DNA of 64,000 nucleotides, from positions 128,058 through 192,057 of the forward strand of contig CAKPIA010000001.1 in NCBI GenBank assembly GCA_934162205.1, given 5' to 3'. Within the stretch, counting starts at the first letter, position 1; each line of letters opens with the position of its first letter. The notes below the pieces were generated by a model. That model was not told the origin of the DNA, searched no databases, and was given only the letters and a program-made list of their open reading frames with translations. The stretch comes from an uncultured Clostridia bacterium. GTDB taxonomy: Bacteria; Bacillota; Clostridia; TANB77; CAG-508. Below are positions 50,229-60,051 of the stretch, piece by piece. The translations under genes were made by a program, and so were the position numbers.

Positions 50229-50447
50229 ATGGATATAGAAAAACATTTAATTGTTACAGGTTCTTCAAACGTTTCATGGAAGGATGCTATTGTAAAAACA
50301 ATACATGAAGCATCAAAAACAATCGATTATATATCATCTGTCAAAATTTTAGAACAAAGAGCAAATATAGATGGTGACAGAATTTCTGAATATTTTGTTG
50401 ATATAGATTTAGGATTTATTTTAGATTTAAATAGAAAAAATAGTTAG
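50229..50447 (+). CDS. Dodecin-family protein.
   Basis: HLIVTGSSNVSWKDAIVKTIHEASKTIDYISSVKILEQRANIDGDRISEYFVDIDLGF aligns with the dodecin fold consensus. Confidence 0.7.
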   Translation: MDIEKHLIVTGSSNVSWKDAIVKTIHEASKTIDYISSVKILEQRANIDGDRISEYFVDIDLGFILDLNRKNS

Positions 50448-50455
50448 GAGGATTT

Positions 50456-50920
50456 ATGAAACCATTAGATACAAAAAAAGGTTATCAAGAATATGTTGAT
50501 AAAAAATCGCCTAATTCCCCTATATTAAAAAACTGCTTTAACGCATTCTGGGTTGGTGGTTTAATTTGTTCTATTGGACAAGTTATTTTATCAATTTGTA
50601 AGCAAAGAGGTTTAAGTGTTGAAACCTCTGGCACAATTGTTTCTATTATATTAATAGGAATTAGTGCTTTTTTAACAGGATTAAATATATTTAATAAAAT
50701 AGGAAAATTTGCAGGTGCAGGTTCTTTAGTTCCTATAACTGGATTTGCTAATTCTATTGTAGCACCTGCTATGGAATACAAATCCGAAGGATATATTATG
50801 GGAGTTGGTGGAAAAATGTTTACTGTTGCAGGTCCTGTTTTAGTATTCGGGATATCTGCTTCTATAATAGTTGGACTAATCTACTTAATATTTAATACCC
50901 AAGCAATAACTTTAGTTTAA
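50456..50920 (+). CDS. spoVAC: Stage V sporulation protein AC.
   Basis: 154-aa membrane protein with conserved blocks FWVGGLICSIGQ and PITGFANSIVAPA. Confidence 0.9.
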   Translation: MKPLDTKKGYQEYVDKKSPNSPILKNCFNAFWVGGLICSIGQVILSICKQRGLSVETSGTIVSIILIGISAFLTGLNIFNKIGKFAGAGSLVPITGFANSIVAPAMEYKSEGYIMGVGGKMFTVAGPVLVFGISASIIVGLIYLIFNTQAITLV

Positions 50921-50932
50921 GGAGATGGTTTT

Positions 50933-51934
50933 ATGCAAAAAATAGGAAAACAAACAATAAAATTTGATAATCCCCCAACAATAACTCAAACAGCAAGCAT
51001 TGTTGGTCCAAAAGAAACTGACGGACCTCTTGCAAAATATTTTGATCAATGTTTAGAAGATGAATTTTGGGGTGAAAATAGCTGGGAAAAAGCTGAAAGT
51101 AAAATAATTAAAGAAACAGTCAACACATTAATTGCCAAATCTGGTATTCCATCAGAAAAAATAGATTATTGTTTTGCAGGAGATCTATTAAATCAATGTA
51201 TTTCCTCAAGTTTTGGTTTAAGAGATTTAAATATTCCCTTCTTTGGAATATTTGGTGCATGTTCTACATTTGTAGAAGGTATGAGTTTATCTGCAATTTT
51301 TGCAGAAGCAGGTATGGAAAATGTTATGTGTGCAGCATCCAGTCACTTCTGTAGTGCAGAAAAGCAATTTAGATTTCCTCTTGAATTAGGAAATCAGAGA
51401 ACTCCTACCTCTCAATGGACAGTCACAGGAGCTGGTGCAGCATTAATTTCTAAAAATGGTTCAGGTCCTTATATAACGCATATAACTCCTGGTAAAATAG
51501 TCGACATGGGAATTAAAGATGCAAATAATATGGGAGCAGCTATGGCTCCTGCTGCTTGTGATACTTTAATTACTCATTTAAAAGATACAGAAAGAAAACC
51601 AAGTTACTATGATGCTATAATAACTGGAGATTTAGGACATGTTGGTAAATCAATTTTAATAGACTTAGCAGAATCAAAAGGTTATAATATAAAATCAAAT
51701 TATAATGATTGTGGTGTATTGATATTTGACCAACAAAAACAGGATACTCATGCTGGTGGAAGTGGATGTGGATGCTGTGGAAGCGTATTTTCTGGATATT
51801 TTTTTAAACAATTACAAGATAAAAAATTAAAAAGAATTTTACTTATTGCAACAGGTGCTTTGACTAATTCTACTAGTAGTCAACAAGGTGAATCAATTCC
51901 TGGTATCGCTCATGCAATAAGTATAGAATTATAG
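50933..51934 (+). CDS. spoVAD: Stage V sporulation protein AD.
   Basis: 333 aa with a thiolase/KAS-like fold, conserved in the spoVA operon. Confidence 0.9.
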   Translation: MQKIGKQTIKFDNPPTITQTASIVGPKETDGPLAKYFDQCLEDEFWGENSWEKAESKIIKETVNTLIAKSGIPSEKIDYCFAGDLLNQCISSSFGLRDLNIPFFGIFGACSTFVEGMSLSAIFAEAGMENVMCAASSHFCSAEKQFRFPLELGNQRTPTSQWTVTGAGAALISKNGSGPYITHITPGKIVDMGIKDANNMGAAMAPAACDTLITHLKDTERKPSYYDAIITGDLGHVGKSILIDLAESKGYNIKSNYNDCGVLIFDQQKQDTHAGGSGCGCCGSVFSGYFFKQLQDKKLKRILLIATGALTNSTSSQQGESIPGIAHAISIEL

Positions 51935-51946
51935 TGAGGTGTTATT

Positions 51947-52333
51947 ATGGAATTTTTACAAAGTTTTGATTGGATGCAACTTTTAAGATGTTTTGTAGTT
52001 GGTGGTCTAATTTGTGTTATAGGTCAAATTCTTATTGATAAAACAAAACTAACACCTGCAAGAATTTTGGTTTTATTTGTAACTACAGGAACTATTTTAG
52101 GTGGATTAGGAATTTATAAATATTTAGTAGATTTCGCTGGTGCTGGCGCTACTGTACCTTTAACAGGATTTGGATATAATTTAGCCAAAGGTGCAATTGA
52201 AGGTGTTAAAGAATCAGGAATTGTTGGTGCATTTACAGGTGGAGTTAAAGCTTCTGCTGGTGGAATTGCTGCTGCTGTATTCTTCGGTTACATTGCTTCA
52301 CTTATCTCAAAACCAAAAATGAAAAAACAATAA
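51947..52333 (+). CDS. spoVAEb: Stage V sporulation protein AE (SpoVAEb).
   Basis: 128-aa membrane protein with FVVGGLICVIGQ and PLTGFGYNLAKGA blocks. Confidence 0.85.
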   Translation: MEFLQSFDWMQLLRCFVVGGLICVIGQILIDKTKLTPARILVLFVTTGTILGGLGIYKYLVDFAGAGATVPLTGFGYNLAKGAIEGVKESGIVGAFTGGVKASAGGIAAAVFFGYIASLISKPKMKKQ

Positions 52334-52377
52334 ATTAAAACTAAATATTTTATTTTTACAAGTTATCAATTATAAAA

Positions 52378-52508
52378 AAATCTATATACTGTTTTGCAAT
52401 GCCGCGTAGCGAGCAACCGGAGCGTTAGCGGAGGGCGAATGAAGCATCCTTCCTTAGAAAGGGATCCGAAGGATGCGACAACAAGGCATAAAAAACATTA
52501 TATAGATT
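52378..52508 (+). repeat. MITE-like repeat, copy C.
   Basis: TIR AAATCTATATACTGTTTT / AAAACATTATATAGATTT with the same GC-rich core. Confidence 0.8.
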
Positions 52509-52554
52509 TTATATAAATATTATTAAGACTAACCAAAATATTTAGTTTTAATTT

Positions 52555-52596
52555 TAAAAAAATAGTATAGCTACAAACTATACTATTTTTTTGTTT
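52555..52596. terminator. Bidirectional terminator between spoVAEb and rplT.
   Basis: AAAAAAATAGTATAG..CTATACTATTTTTTT. Confidence 0.65.
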
Positions 52597-52607
52597 TTAT
52601 TAAATTT

Positions 52608-52958
52608 CTATGCTTTTTTTGCAATTTCAGCAATTTCTGTGAAAGCTTTTGGATCACTAACTGCTATTTCAGCTAACATTTTTCTATTTATTGTTACATT
52701 AGCTTTCTTTAATCCAGCTATTAATTTACTGTATGTTAATCCATTCATTCTTGCAGCAGCATTAATTCTTGTTATCCATAATTTTCTAAAATCACTCTTT
52801 TTATCTTTTCTTCCAACATAAGCATATGATAAAGATTTCATAACAGCTTGGTTAGCCATTCTAAATCTATAATGTTTTGCTCCATAATATCCTTTTGCTT
52901 GTTTTAAAACTTTTTTATGTCTTGCTCTTGTTGTTCTTGCTGTTTTTACTCTTGCCAT
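52608..52958 (-). CDS. rplT: 50S ribosomal protein L20.
   Basis: [29 protein letters not shown]. Confidence 0.95.
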   Translation of the reverse strand: MARVKTARTTRARHKKVLKQAKGYYGAKHYRFRMANQAVMKSLSYAYVGRKDKKSDFRKLWITRINAAARMNGLTYSKLIAGLKKANVTINRKMLAEIAVSDPKAFTEIAEIAKKA

Positions 52959-52992
52959 TTATTTCACCTTCCTTATTATTTTTAATTAAATT

Positions 52993-53193
52993 CTAATTTC
53001 CATATGGTAATAATTTTTTTATTGTATTTTCGCAGCTCTTATCTGCATATTCAGATGCTCTGCTTGATAATTTTTGTCTTTTTGTTTTATTTGCTAATAA
53101 ATGTCTTCTATTAGCTGATGTTCTTTTTACTTTTCCTGTTGCTGTTATTGAATATCTTTTTTTAGCAGCTTTGTTTGTTTTTAGTTTTGGCAT
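52993..53193 (-). CDS. rpmI: 50S ribosomal protein L35.
   Basis: MPKLKTNKAAKKRYSITATGKVKR. Length is 66 aa. Confidence 0.9.
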   Translation of the reverse strand: MPKLKTNKAAKKRYSITATGKVKRTSANRRHLLANKTKRQKLSSRASEYADKSCENTIKKLLPYGN

Positions 53194-53227
53194 AAGCCAC
53201 CGCTCCTTTCATTTTATTGTATATATA

Positions 53228-53737
53228 TTAAGCTTTTTTAGATAGCATAATAAACATATTTCTACCTTCTAATTTTGGTTTTTTCTCAACTACAGATACA
53301 TCTTCAAGTTCTTGAATAAATTTTTCTAATACATTTTCTCCTAATTTAACATTATTTACTTCTCTACCTTTAAATCTAACTGTAATCTTAACTTTATTTC
53401 CATCTTCTAAAAATTTTCTTGCATTTTTAGATTTAAAACCAAAATCGTGTTCTTCTATATTAGGTGTAATTCTTATTTCTTTAATTTCTAAAACTTTTTG
53501 TTTTTTCTTAGCTTCTTTTTCTTTCTTTGCTTGCTCAAATTTATATTTTCCATAATTCATTATTTTGCAAACAGGTGGATTAACATTTGGTGCAACTAAT
53601 ACTAAATCTAACTTTTTATCTTCAGCTTTTTCTAAAGCTTCTTGTAAAGAAATAACTCCTAATTTTTCTCCTTCATCACTAATAAGTTGTACTTCTTTAG
53701 CTTTAATTTGACCATTAATTGGTAATTCTTGTTTTAT
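53228..53737 (-). CDS. infC: Translation initiation factor IF-3, with an inferred non-canonical AUA start codon.
   Basis: IF3 N- and C-domains (IKQELPINGQIKAKEVQLISDEGE...). In-frame upstream Met codons give an implausible 50-aa extension. GGAGGTG RBS lies 6 nt before ATA. Confidence 0.85.
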   Translation of the reverse strand: MKQELPINGQIKAKEVQLISDEGEKLGVISLQEALEKAEDKKLDLVLVAPNVNPPVCKIMNYGKYKFEQAKKEKEAKKKQKVLEIKEIRITPNIEEHDFGFKSKNARKFLEDGNKVKITVRFKGREVNNVKLGENVLEKFIQELEDVSVVEKKPKLEGRNMFIMLSKKA

Positions 53738-53754
53738 ATAAAACACCTCCATTA

Positions 53755-53800
53755 AAATAAAATAAAGATTGATTTTTTTGTTACAAATCAATCTTACCCA
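53755..53800 (-). promoter_or_regulatory. Putative L20-responsive leader attenuator of the infC-rpmI-rplT operon.
   Basis: On the minus strand, AAGATTGATTTGTAAC-AAAAAAATCAATCTT hairpin followed by a U-rich run, immediately 5' of the infC RBS. Confidence 0.35.
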
Positions 53801-54031
53801 CTTTATTATAAAACAATATTTTATATTGAATTTAAAATCTAACCTTTTTCCTAATAGATAAGGTGAGAAGTGGATAACTTCTTCTTGCAACATATAAAAT
53901 TATATATTCATTTTTATATTTTGTCAATACTTTATAATTAATTTTAACAAATTTCAGTAAAATACTTGTTTTTTTACTGTTTTTATAAGATAATATATAT
54001 GTAATATTTTGTTTTGAAAGGATAATCAAAT

Positions 54032-56341
54032 ATGAAATACATAGACAAATTTTTGAAAAAATTAAATACAGATAGAAATACATTTGCAACATTTATTTTA
54101 ACATTAATTACAGTATATATAGCAATAGATAGAATAGTAGAAATATTATTTATGATATTTACAGGAGTTTCTGTTTCATATTGGGGACCACTTAAATATA
54201 CTTTAGCATTAGCATGTCCTATTTTTGCATTCTTATTTTCAGGAAGTTCTTCATTTGCAAAAATAAAAAATGTTAAAGTTACATTATTTTATACATTTAT
54301 AATTGGTTTGTACATAATTGCTCTTTCTATGTTTATACAATGGTTTAATCAAGGTTGTTGGTTATTTTTAATGTCTATACCAAATTATGTTGAAATAGTA
54401 ACTAATTTTTCTGAATTAATTAGACCTGCATTTACATCACTTGCATTATATTTACCATTAGTTACATTTTTCCCATTAATAAAATGGATTGTATTTGGCG
54501 TAAATGATAGTAAAGATATGATTCGTTCAGTTTGGGATTATGCAGGTATAAGTTTGGCAGATAAAAAACAAGGTCATGGTCCATATACTTGTGAAGTATT
54601 TCTATTTAAAGATAAAGAAAGAAATATAAATGTTAAAATATCAGAAAATAACAGATTTTTATCATTATTAGTTTGTGGTGGATCCGGATCTGGAAAAACA
54701 GCTTTAATTGTTGAACCTATGATTGCAAGAGATATTGAAAGAAAACAATTTTTTAAAAATGTTTCTAAAGAATTAGGTTTTACAGCATTAAAAACAAATA
54801 TTGCAACATTAGATTGTCCTTATTCTAACGAATATATAAATGAAAACTTTAATTTAAATATGTTAAAACCTGCTTTTGGAAAAGAAACTGTATATAAAGC
54901 TTTTATGAAAAAAATGATTTTAACAGATTCTTCTGAAATAGTATATAGAAATTTAGGTTTTACATATTTTACTCCTGATATTGAAACAATATCACATATG
55001 ACTGAAATTTGTGATAATTATCATATAAAATATAATATAATAGATCCTTCAAGTACATCATCAATTGGTTTAAATCCATTTGTTTATGATGATCCATCAA
55101 AAATTGCTGTAACTATATCTTCTGTAATAAAAGGAATGTATAACGATGCACACGAAGAATTAGAAGAAGCTTATAGAGAAGATATTACAATTCAAGCAAT
55201 TGAAAATATATCCATTTTATTAAAAGAAATGTATCCTAGATTAAATGATGGCGCACTACCAAATTTAGAAGATTTATTAAAAATGCTTACAAATTTTGAT
55301 TTAGTAGAAAAAATGTGTGAAATATTAAAAACAGATGAAGAATTAGCAGAAAAATATAGTATTCAATTATCTTATTTTAAAAATAATTTTTATAAAAATG
55401 GTAAAGGTAGGGATGAAACACAAAATTTTGTTTATTCAGCAATTACACAACTTGATACCTTATTAAGAATACCAGGGATTAAAAGTATATTATGTAACAG
55501 ACATAATAACTTAAATTTTGATGAAGCTTTGAAAAATGGTGAAATAACCTTTGTATGTACAAGAAGAGGAGATTTAGGAAATACTGGTCATAAAGCATTT
55601 GGATTATTCTTCCTTTTAACTATGCAAAACGCTGTATTAAGAAGACCTGGAAATGAAAAATCAAGAATACCTCATTTTCTTTATATAGATGAATTTTCTG
55701 ATTTCATATCAAGATCAACAGAACCAATATTTACAATGTATCGTAAATATCGTGTGGGTACTGTTATAACAATACAAAGTTTAACTCAATTAGAAAGTGC
55801 AACCTCAAAATATAATTATAAATCAACAATTCTTTCTAACTGTGCAAATAAAATTTTAACAGGGGGATCTACTCCAGAAGAATTAGATTGGTGGTCTACA
55901 GAACTTGGAGATAAAAGAGAGTGGACTTATAAAAATAATATAGATGTTTCTAAACTAGAATATGATTCTAAATATTCAGATATAAAATGGGCTTGGGTTA
56001 AAAATTTCGCACCTGCAAAATTAGCAAATATTAGATTTAAAATGTGCGTTTATAAAGTTAAAGATGATTCTGGAAAGAATATCGTTGGTGAAGGAATATT
56101 AAATTATTTAGACTCAAAATATAAAGAAGAACAAAAAGATAAATTTTATGATTTTTCTAAATTTAACAGTAATATTATAGATGATTCAAATGATGATAAA
56201 AAAAATAAATTTGATCCAAAACATATTAACTTTAAAGATGAAAGAGATGAAATAAATCCAGTTCAAACTGATGACACTGATGCAAGTTTCATATTTGATA
56301 ATGAAGATGCAATATCAATTAATTTAAAGAAAAAGAAATAA
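54032..56341 (+). CDS. Membrane-anchored P-loop ATPase, type IV coupling protein-like (TraG/TraD/VirD4 family).
   Basis: About five N-terminal TM helices, Walker A VCGGSGSGKTA, Walker B FLYIDEF, and a C-terminal TVITIQSLTQLESATSKY...SNCANKILTGGSTPEELDWWSTELG block resembling the TraG-D_C domain. Confidence 0.55.
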   Translation: MKYIDKFLKKLNTDRNTFATFILTLITVYIAIDRIVEILFMIFTGVSVSYWGPLKYTLALACPIFAFLFSGSSSFAKIKNVKVTLFYTFIIGLYIIALSMFIQWFNQGCWLFLMSIPNYVEIVTNFSELIRPAFTSLALYLPLVTFFPLIKWIVFGVNDSKDMIRSVWDYAGISLADKKQGHGPYTCEVFLFKDKERNINVKISENNRFLSLLVCGGSGSGKTALIVEPMIARDIERKQFFKNVSKELGFTALKTNIATLDCPYSNEYINENFNLNMLKPAFGKETVYKAFMKKMILTDSSEIVYRNLGFTYFTPDIETISHMTEICDNYHIKYNIIDPSSTSSIGLNPFVYDDPSKIAVTISSVIKGMYNDAHEELEEAYREDITIQAIENISILLKEMYPRLNDGALPNLEDLLKMLTNFDLVEKMCEILKTDEELAEKYSIQLSYFKNNFYKNGKGRDETQNFVYSAITQLDTLLRIPGIKSILCNRHNNLNFDEALKNGEITFVCTRRGDLGNTGHKAFGLFFLLTMQNAVLRRPGNEKSRIPHFLYIDEFSDFISRSTEPIFTMYRKYRVGTVITIQSLTQLESATSKYNYKSTILSNCANKILTGGSTPEELDWWSTELGDKREWTYKNNIDVSKLEYDSKYSDIKWAWVKNFAPAKLANIRFKMCVYKVKDDSGKNIVGEGILNYLDSKYKEEQKDKFYDFSKFNSNIIDDSNDDKKNKFDPKHINFKDERDEINPVQTDDTDASFIFDNEDAISINLKKKK

Positions 56342-56353
56342 AATAATTTCATA

Positions 56354-56388
56354 AAAAAAATCGATACTTTGGTATCGATTTTTTATAT
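56354..56388. terminator. Bidirectional terminator.
   Basis: AAAATCGATAC-TTTG-GTATCGATTTT. Confidence 0.65.
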
Positions 56389-57243
56389 TTTAAATCCTAT
56401 TAATTGCAATATTATTCCTGCCATTACACCTACACAATATAATAATATAACGATTTTTATATTTTCTTTAATATTCTTATTAGTTTTAAATAATACAGCA
56501 AGTCCAACTCCTGCTCCAACAAATAATCCAGAAAGCATTGCAGAAACAGAAATAACATTTTGTAAATATAATTGTGTTAATATTACAGATGATGCACAGT
56601 TTGGAATTAATCCAATTATACCTGCAAGAATTGGTGCTATAATTGGATTATTAGATACAAATAATGCTAAATTATCTTCACCTATAAAGAATATAACTGT
56701 ATTTATTATAAATGTTATTATAATTATAAATGCAAAAATACTTAATGTATGTTTTAATGATGATCTTAGAATTCCTTCTTCACAATGGCAATGTTCATGT
56801 TTGCATATATCTTCTATTTTATCTTCTTCATTTTCTTCTTTTTTATTACTTATTAATCTTATTACTAAGTCAATTATAAATCCTGCAATTATTCCTACAA
56901 CTAATTTTATTCCTAATATTTTAAATATAACATCAACCGAAACTGCTTCGGATAACAATATTGGTATCATTTCGTCAGAAGTTGTTAAATATATTGATAT
57001 TAAAGTTCCTAATGTAATAACTCTTGCTGAATAAAAATTTGTTGCCGCAACAGAAAATCCACATTGTGGTAGTATTCCTAATAAACTTCCTATTAATGGC
57101 CCAAATTTACCAGATTTCTCTATTGTTTCTTTTGTTTTGTGACTTATTTTATGTTCTATATATTCCATTATTAAATATGTAATAAATAAAAATGGCAATA
57201 GTTTTATTGAATCTATTAATGTTTCTTTTATAACCTCTAACAT
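56383..57243 (-). CDS. Predicted permease of the DUF318/YraQ/ArsP-like family.
   Basis: Two repeats carrying GILPQCGFS and GLIPNCASS motifs and a His/Cys-rich cytoplasmic loop DICKHEHCHCEEG. Confidence 0.5.
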   Translation of the reverse strand: MLEVIKETLIDSIKLLPFLFITYLIMEYIEHKISHKTKETIEKSGKFGPLIGSLLGILPQCGFSVAATNFYSARVITLGTLISIYLTTSDEMIPILLSEAVSVDVIFKILGIKLVVGIIAGFIIDLVIRLISNKKEENEEDKIEDICKHEHCHCEEGILRSSLKHTLSIFAFIIIITFIINTVIFFIGEDNLALFVSNNPIIAPILAGIIGLIPNCASSVILTQLYLQNVISVSAMLSGLFVGAGVGLAVLFKTNKNIKENIKIVILLYCVGVMAGIILQLIGFKI

Positions 57244-57355
57244 TCTTTTCTCCTATTTTTAATTTTTGTACAAATATTATATTAACATATTTTTTTTTAC
57301 TTTTCAAGTTAATGTTTAGTAAATGTATAATTCTCAAAATTTTTCTATAATATAA

Positions 57356-57392
57356 TAAAGCAGAAAATTTCAATAATTTTCTGCTTTATTAT
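57356..57392. terminator. Hairpin terminator.
   Basis: AAAGCAGAAAATT..AATTTTCTGCTTT. Confidence 0.6.
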
Positions 57393-57405
57393 ATTATTAT
57401 TTTAT

Positions 57406-57948
57406 TTAAAATCTTCTTCTGTAACATCCTCTAAAACTACCTGTTCTTCCACTATTTGAAGTATTTGGAGTTACACTAGCATTTAATACTACATTTTCTG
57501 TATTTGAAGAATTACAATAGCATTCATCATCTGTATCTTCATCTGCTTCATTAGCATTTTTTGAACAATTACTACTAATTGTCAATAAATCATTTGTATT
57601 ACTATTTCCATAGTTACTACTTATAGTTAATAAATTTGTTCCATTATCATTATTATCTTGATTATTGTATCTACATTTACAGCAATCTCTGTCTTCAAAT
57701 AAATTTCTCAATCTACAAGACAATTTAACTAATAATGCTGTTATATATGCAATTATTGAATACACAATAGTTGCTATAATTGCATATACTAACTGTGCTG
57801 TTGTTGCAACTGCAAATGAAACAATTAAGTATATTGCGAAAAATGTAACAGCTACTAATAATGGATTTTTTAAGATTTTCTGTAATACTATAGCTAATAT
57901 TATTGTAGCTAATGGTAAAGCAAAAAATATAAGTAAATTAATATTCAT
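57406..57948 (-). CDS. Hypothetical membrane protein with a Cys/Asn-rich repetitive C-terminus.
   Basis: Three N-terminal TM helices, then internal repeats (NLLTISSNYGNSNTN / DLLTISSNCSKNAN) and several Cys pairs. Confidence 0.45.
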   Translation of the reverse strand: MNINLLIFFALPLATIILAIVLQKILKNPLLVAVTFFAIYLIVSFAVATTAQLVYAIIATIVYSIIAYITALLVKLSCRLRNLFEDRDCCKCRYNNQDNNDNGTNLLTISSNYGNSNTNDLLTISSNCSKNANEADEDTDDECYCNSSNTENVVLNASVTPNTSNSGRTGSFRGCYRRRF

Positions 57949-58016
57949 ACTCTTTTTCTCCTTTTTAGTTTAATTTACTATATTTTATGCTTTTTACATT
58001 TTTATGTTACTATATG

Positions 58017-58757
58017 TTATTCATACTCTACATTTACTAAAAAAAGACCTTGTGGAGGAAGTGTTTTCCCAGCATTTTCTCTTTTCTGTTCTTTTATTAT
58101 ATTTAAAATTTCTTCTGGTTGTATTTTTCCTATTCCAACATCAACTAATGTTCCAGCAATAATTCGTACCATGTTATATAAAAAACCATTACCTGTAAGT
58201 TCTATATAAATTCTTTCGTTTTCATCATATACTTTTGCTTTGTATATTGTTCTAACACTACTTTTACTACTTGTCCCACTTGCTTTAAATGCTTTAAAAT
58301 CATGTTCTCCTTCAAAATATTTTACCGCTTCTTTCATTTTATCAACATTTAATTTTTGATTTATATGACATTCTAAATTTCTATATATTGCTGATGGAAA
58401 CTTAGAATTATTAATTACATATCTATATGTTTTCTTTTTACAAGTTAATCTACTGTGAAATCTTTCATCTACTTCTTCTGCCTCTTTTATAACAATAGAC
58501 TTTTTTAATCTTGAATTTATTGCAATTGCCATTTTTTCTATTGGGATATTTGAATTTGTTTTAAAATTTGCTACTTGTCCCAATGCATGAACTCCTGCAT
58601 CAGTTCTTCCAGAAGCATTTAATTCAATATTCTCCTCCCCTGTTATTTCACTTATTGCTCTTTCTATTGTTCCCTGAATATTTAATTTATTAGGTTGTTT
58701 TTGCCATCCATTAAAATCTTTCCCATCATATTCTATTGTTAATTTTATATTTCTCAT
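58017..58757 (-). CDS. truA: tRNA pseudouridine(38-40) synthase.
   Basis: MRNIKLTIEYDGKDFNGWQKQ and the catalytic RTDAGVHA motif. Confidence 0.95.
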   Translation of the reverse strand: MRNIKLTIEYDGKDFNGWQKQPNKLNIQGTIERAISEITGEENIELNASGRTDAGVHALGQVANFKTNSNIPIEKMAIAINSRLKKSIVIKEAEEVDERFHSRLTCKKKTYRYVINNSKFPSAIYRNLECHINQKLNVDKMKEAVKYFEGEHDFKAFKASGTSSKSSVRTIYKAKVYDENERIYIELTGNGFLYNMVRIIAGTLVDVGIGKIQPEEILNIIKEQKRENAGKTLPPQGLFLVNVEYE

Positions 58758-58826
58758 TTTTTCTCCTTGTAAAAATATAACTGTACTAAATTAAATTACT
58801 TTAATCTAGAACAGTTGATATTTTTA

Positions 58827-59783
58827 TTATTTATTTTCATCTTTTTTATCTTCTTCAGTAGCTTCATTATTACTATTTTTGTTTTTAAATTTATCTTTTA
58901 TTCTTTTTAATCTTTCTTTGCTTTTACTTTTATCTTGTACTAATCTTTTTGTTACAATATTATTAATTAATATTTTCTTTAATGCATCCTCTCTAACATC
59001 TGCAATTAATGTTCCATCTTTTGCAACAGAAATTTTTCCTGTTTCTTCTGATACAACAACTGCAATACTATCAGATTCTTTAGATATTCCTATTGCTGCT
59101 CTATGTCTTGTACCTAATTCTTTTGCAATGTCTTTATCCCCTGCAAGTGGAAGCATACATGCAGCTGCTGCAATTTTATTTTTACTTATTATAACTGCTC
59201 CATCGTGTAATGGTGTTTTAGGCACAAATATATTTACTAATAATTGAGGAGATATTTGTGAATCCATTATAACTCCTGTTGAAATAATATCTTTTATTTC
59301 TATATCTCTTTCTATAACAATTAAAGCACCTGTTTTCTCTTTAGCAAGTTCTGTAACAGCAATTACTATTTTATATATATCTTCTTTTGTCTTTGTTGCA
59401 ATATCTTTATCAAATCCAAAAAATTTGGTAAATTTATTTGTTCCTAATTGTTCTAATGCTCTTCTTAACTCTGGTTGGAAAATTATAAATATAAGTATTA
59501 TTCCCCAATTCATTACAGTTGATAATATGTAATTTAATATATGTAAATTTAAAAGAGCACTTAATGCTGTTGCAATTATTAAAAGTGCAATACCCTTAAC
59601 TAATTGCCACGCTCTTGAATCTTTGACAATTTTTAATAAGTGATATCCTAAAAATATAACAATTGATATATCTAATATTAATGTAACTAATTTTATTGGA
59701 TATTCTTGTAATGTTTGAATATATGTTAGTACTCTTTGTTCATAAAAAGTAGAAATTATATCATTTATATCTATCATATTTTT
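58827..59783 (-). CDS. cdaA: Diadenylate cyclase CdaA with a low-complexity C-terminal extension.
   Basis: Three N-terminal TM helices and a DAC domain (GALIVIERD, DGAVII, TRHRAAIGIS). Start chosen at the internal Met with RBS AGAGGT. Confidence 0.85.
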   Translation of the reverse strand, partial: KNMIDINDIISTFYEQRVLTYIQTLQEYPIKLVTLILDISIVIFLGYHLLKIVKDSRAWQLVKGIALLIIATALSALLNLHILNYILSTVMNWGIILIFIIFQPELRRALEQLGTNKFTKFFGFDKDIATKTKEDIYKIVIAVTELAKEKTGALIVIERDIEIKDIISTGVIMDSQISPQLLVNIFVPKTPLHDGAVIISKNKIAAAACMLPLAGDKDIAKELGTRHRAAIGISKESDSIAVVVSEETGKISVAKDGTLIADVREDALKKILINNIVTKRLVQDKSKSKERLKRIKDKFKNKNSNNEATEEDKKDENK

Positions 59784-59802
59784 TACCTCTTTTTTCTTAT
59801 GT

Positions 59803-59955
59803 TTATCCAAATATAATTGCAAATATTAATGTTGAGCATGTTGCAACTAACATTAATATAGCTAAAAATAACGCCATTCCTTTAACAAAAATTTGTCCTT
59901 TATCTACATGTTTATTTGTTTTTACTTTTTCTTGTTTTTCTTTATCTTTTTTCAT
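59803..59955 (-). CDS. Small membrane protein of 50 aa. Not in the ORF track.
   Basis: RBS AGGAGGTAAATTA, then ATG. MKKDKEKQEKVKTNKHVDKGQIFVKGMALFLAILMLVATCSTLIFAIIFG. Confidence 0.4.
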   Translation of the reverse strand: MKKDKEKQEKVKTNKHVDKGQIFVKGMALFLAILMLVATCSTLIFAIIFG

Positions 59956-60051
59956 TAATTTACCTCCTAAATGTTTTACCTTTTATATTATATCATACTA
60001 ATATTTCTTTTCAATAATTTTTGTAAATTATTATTTTGTAAATTTATCCAT

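Noticed and set aside
53738-53893. N-terminal extension of the infC ORF in the six-frame track (MLQEEVIHFSP...).
   Set aside because: The extension has no IF3 homology and no SD. A strong SD sits immediately before the conserved IF3 N-terminus, which starts at an ATA codon.
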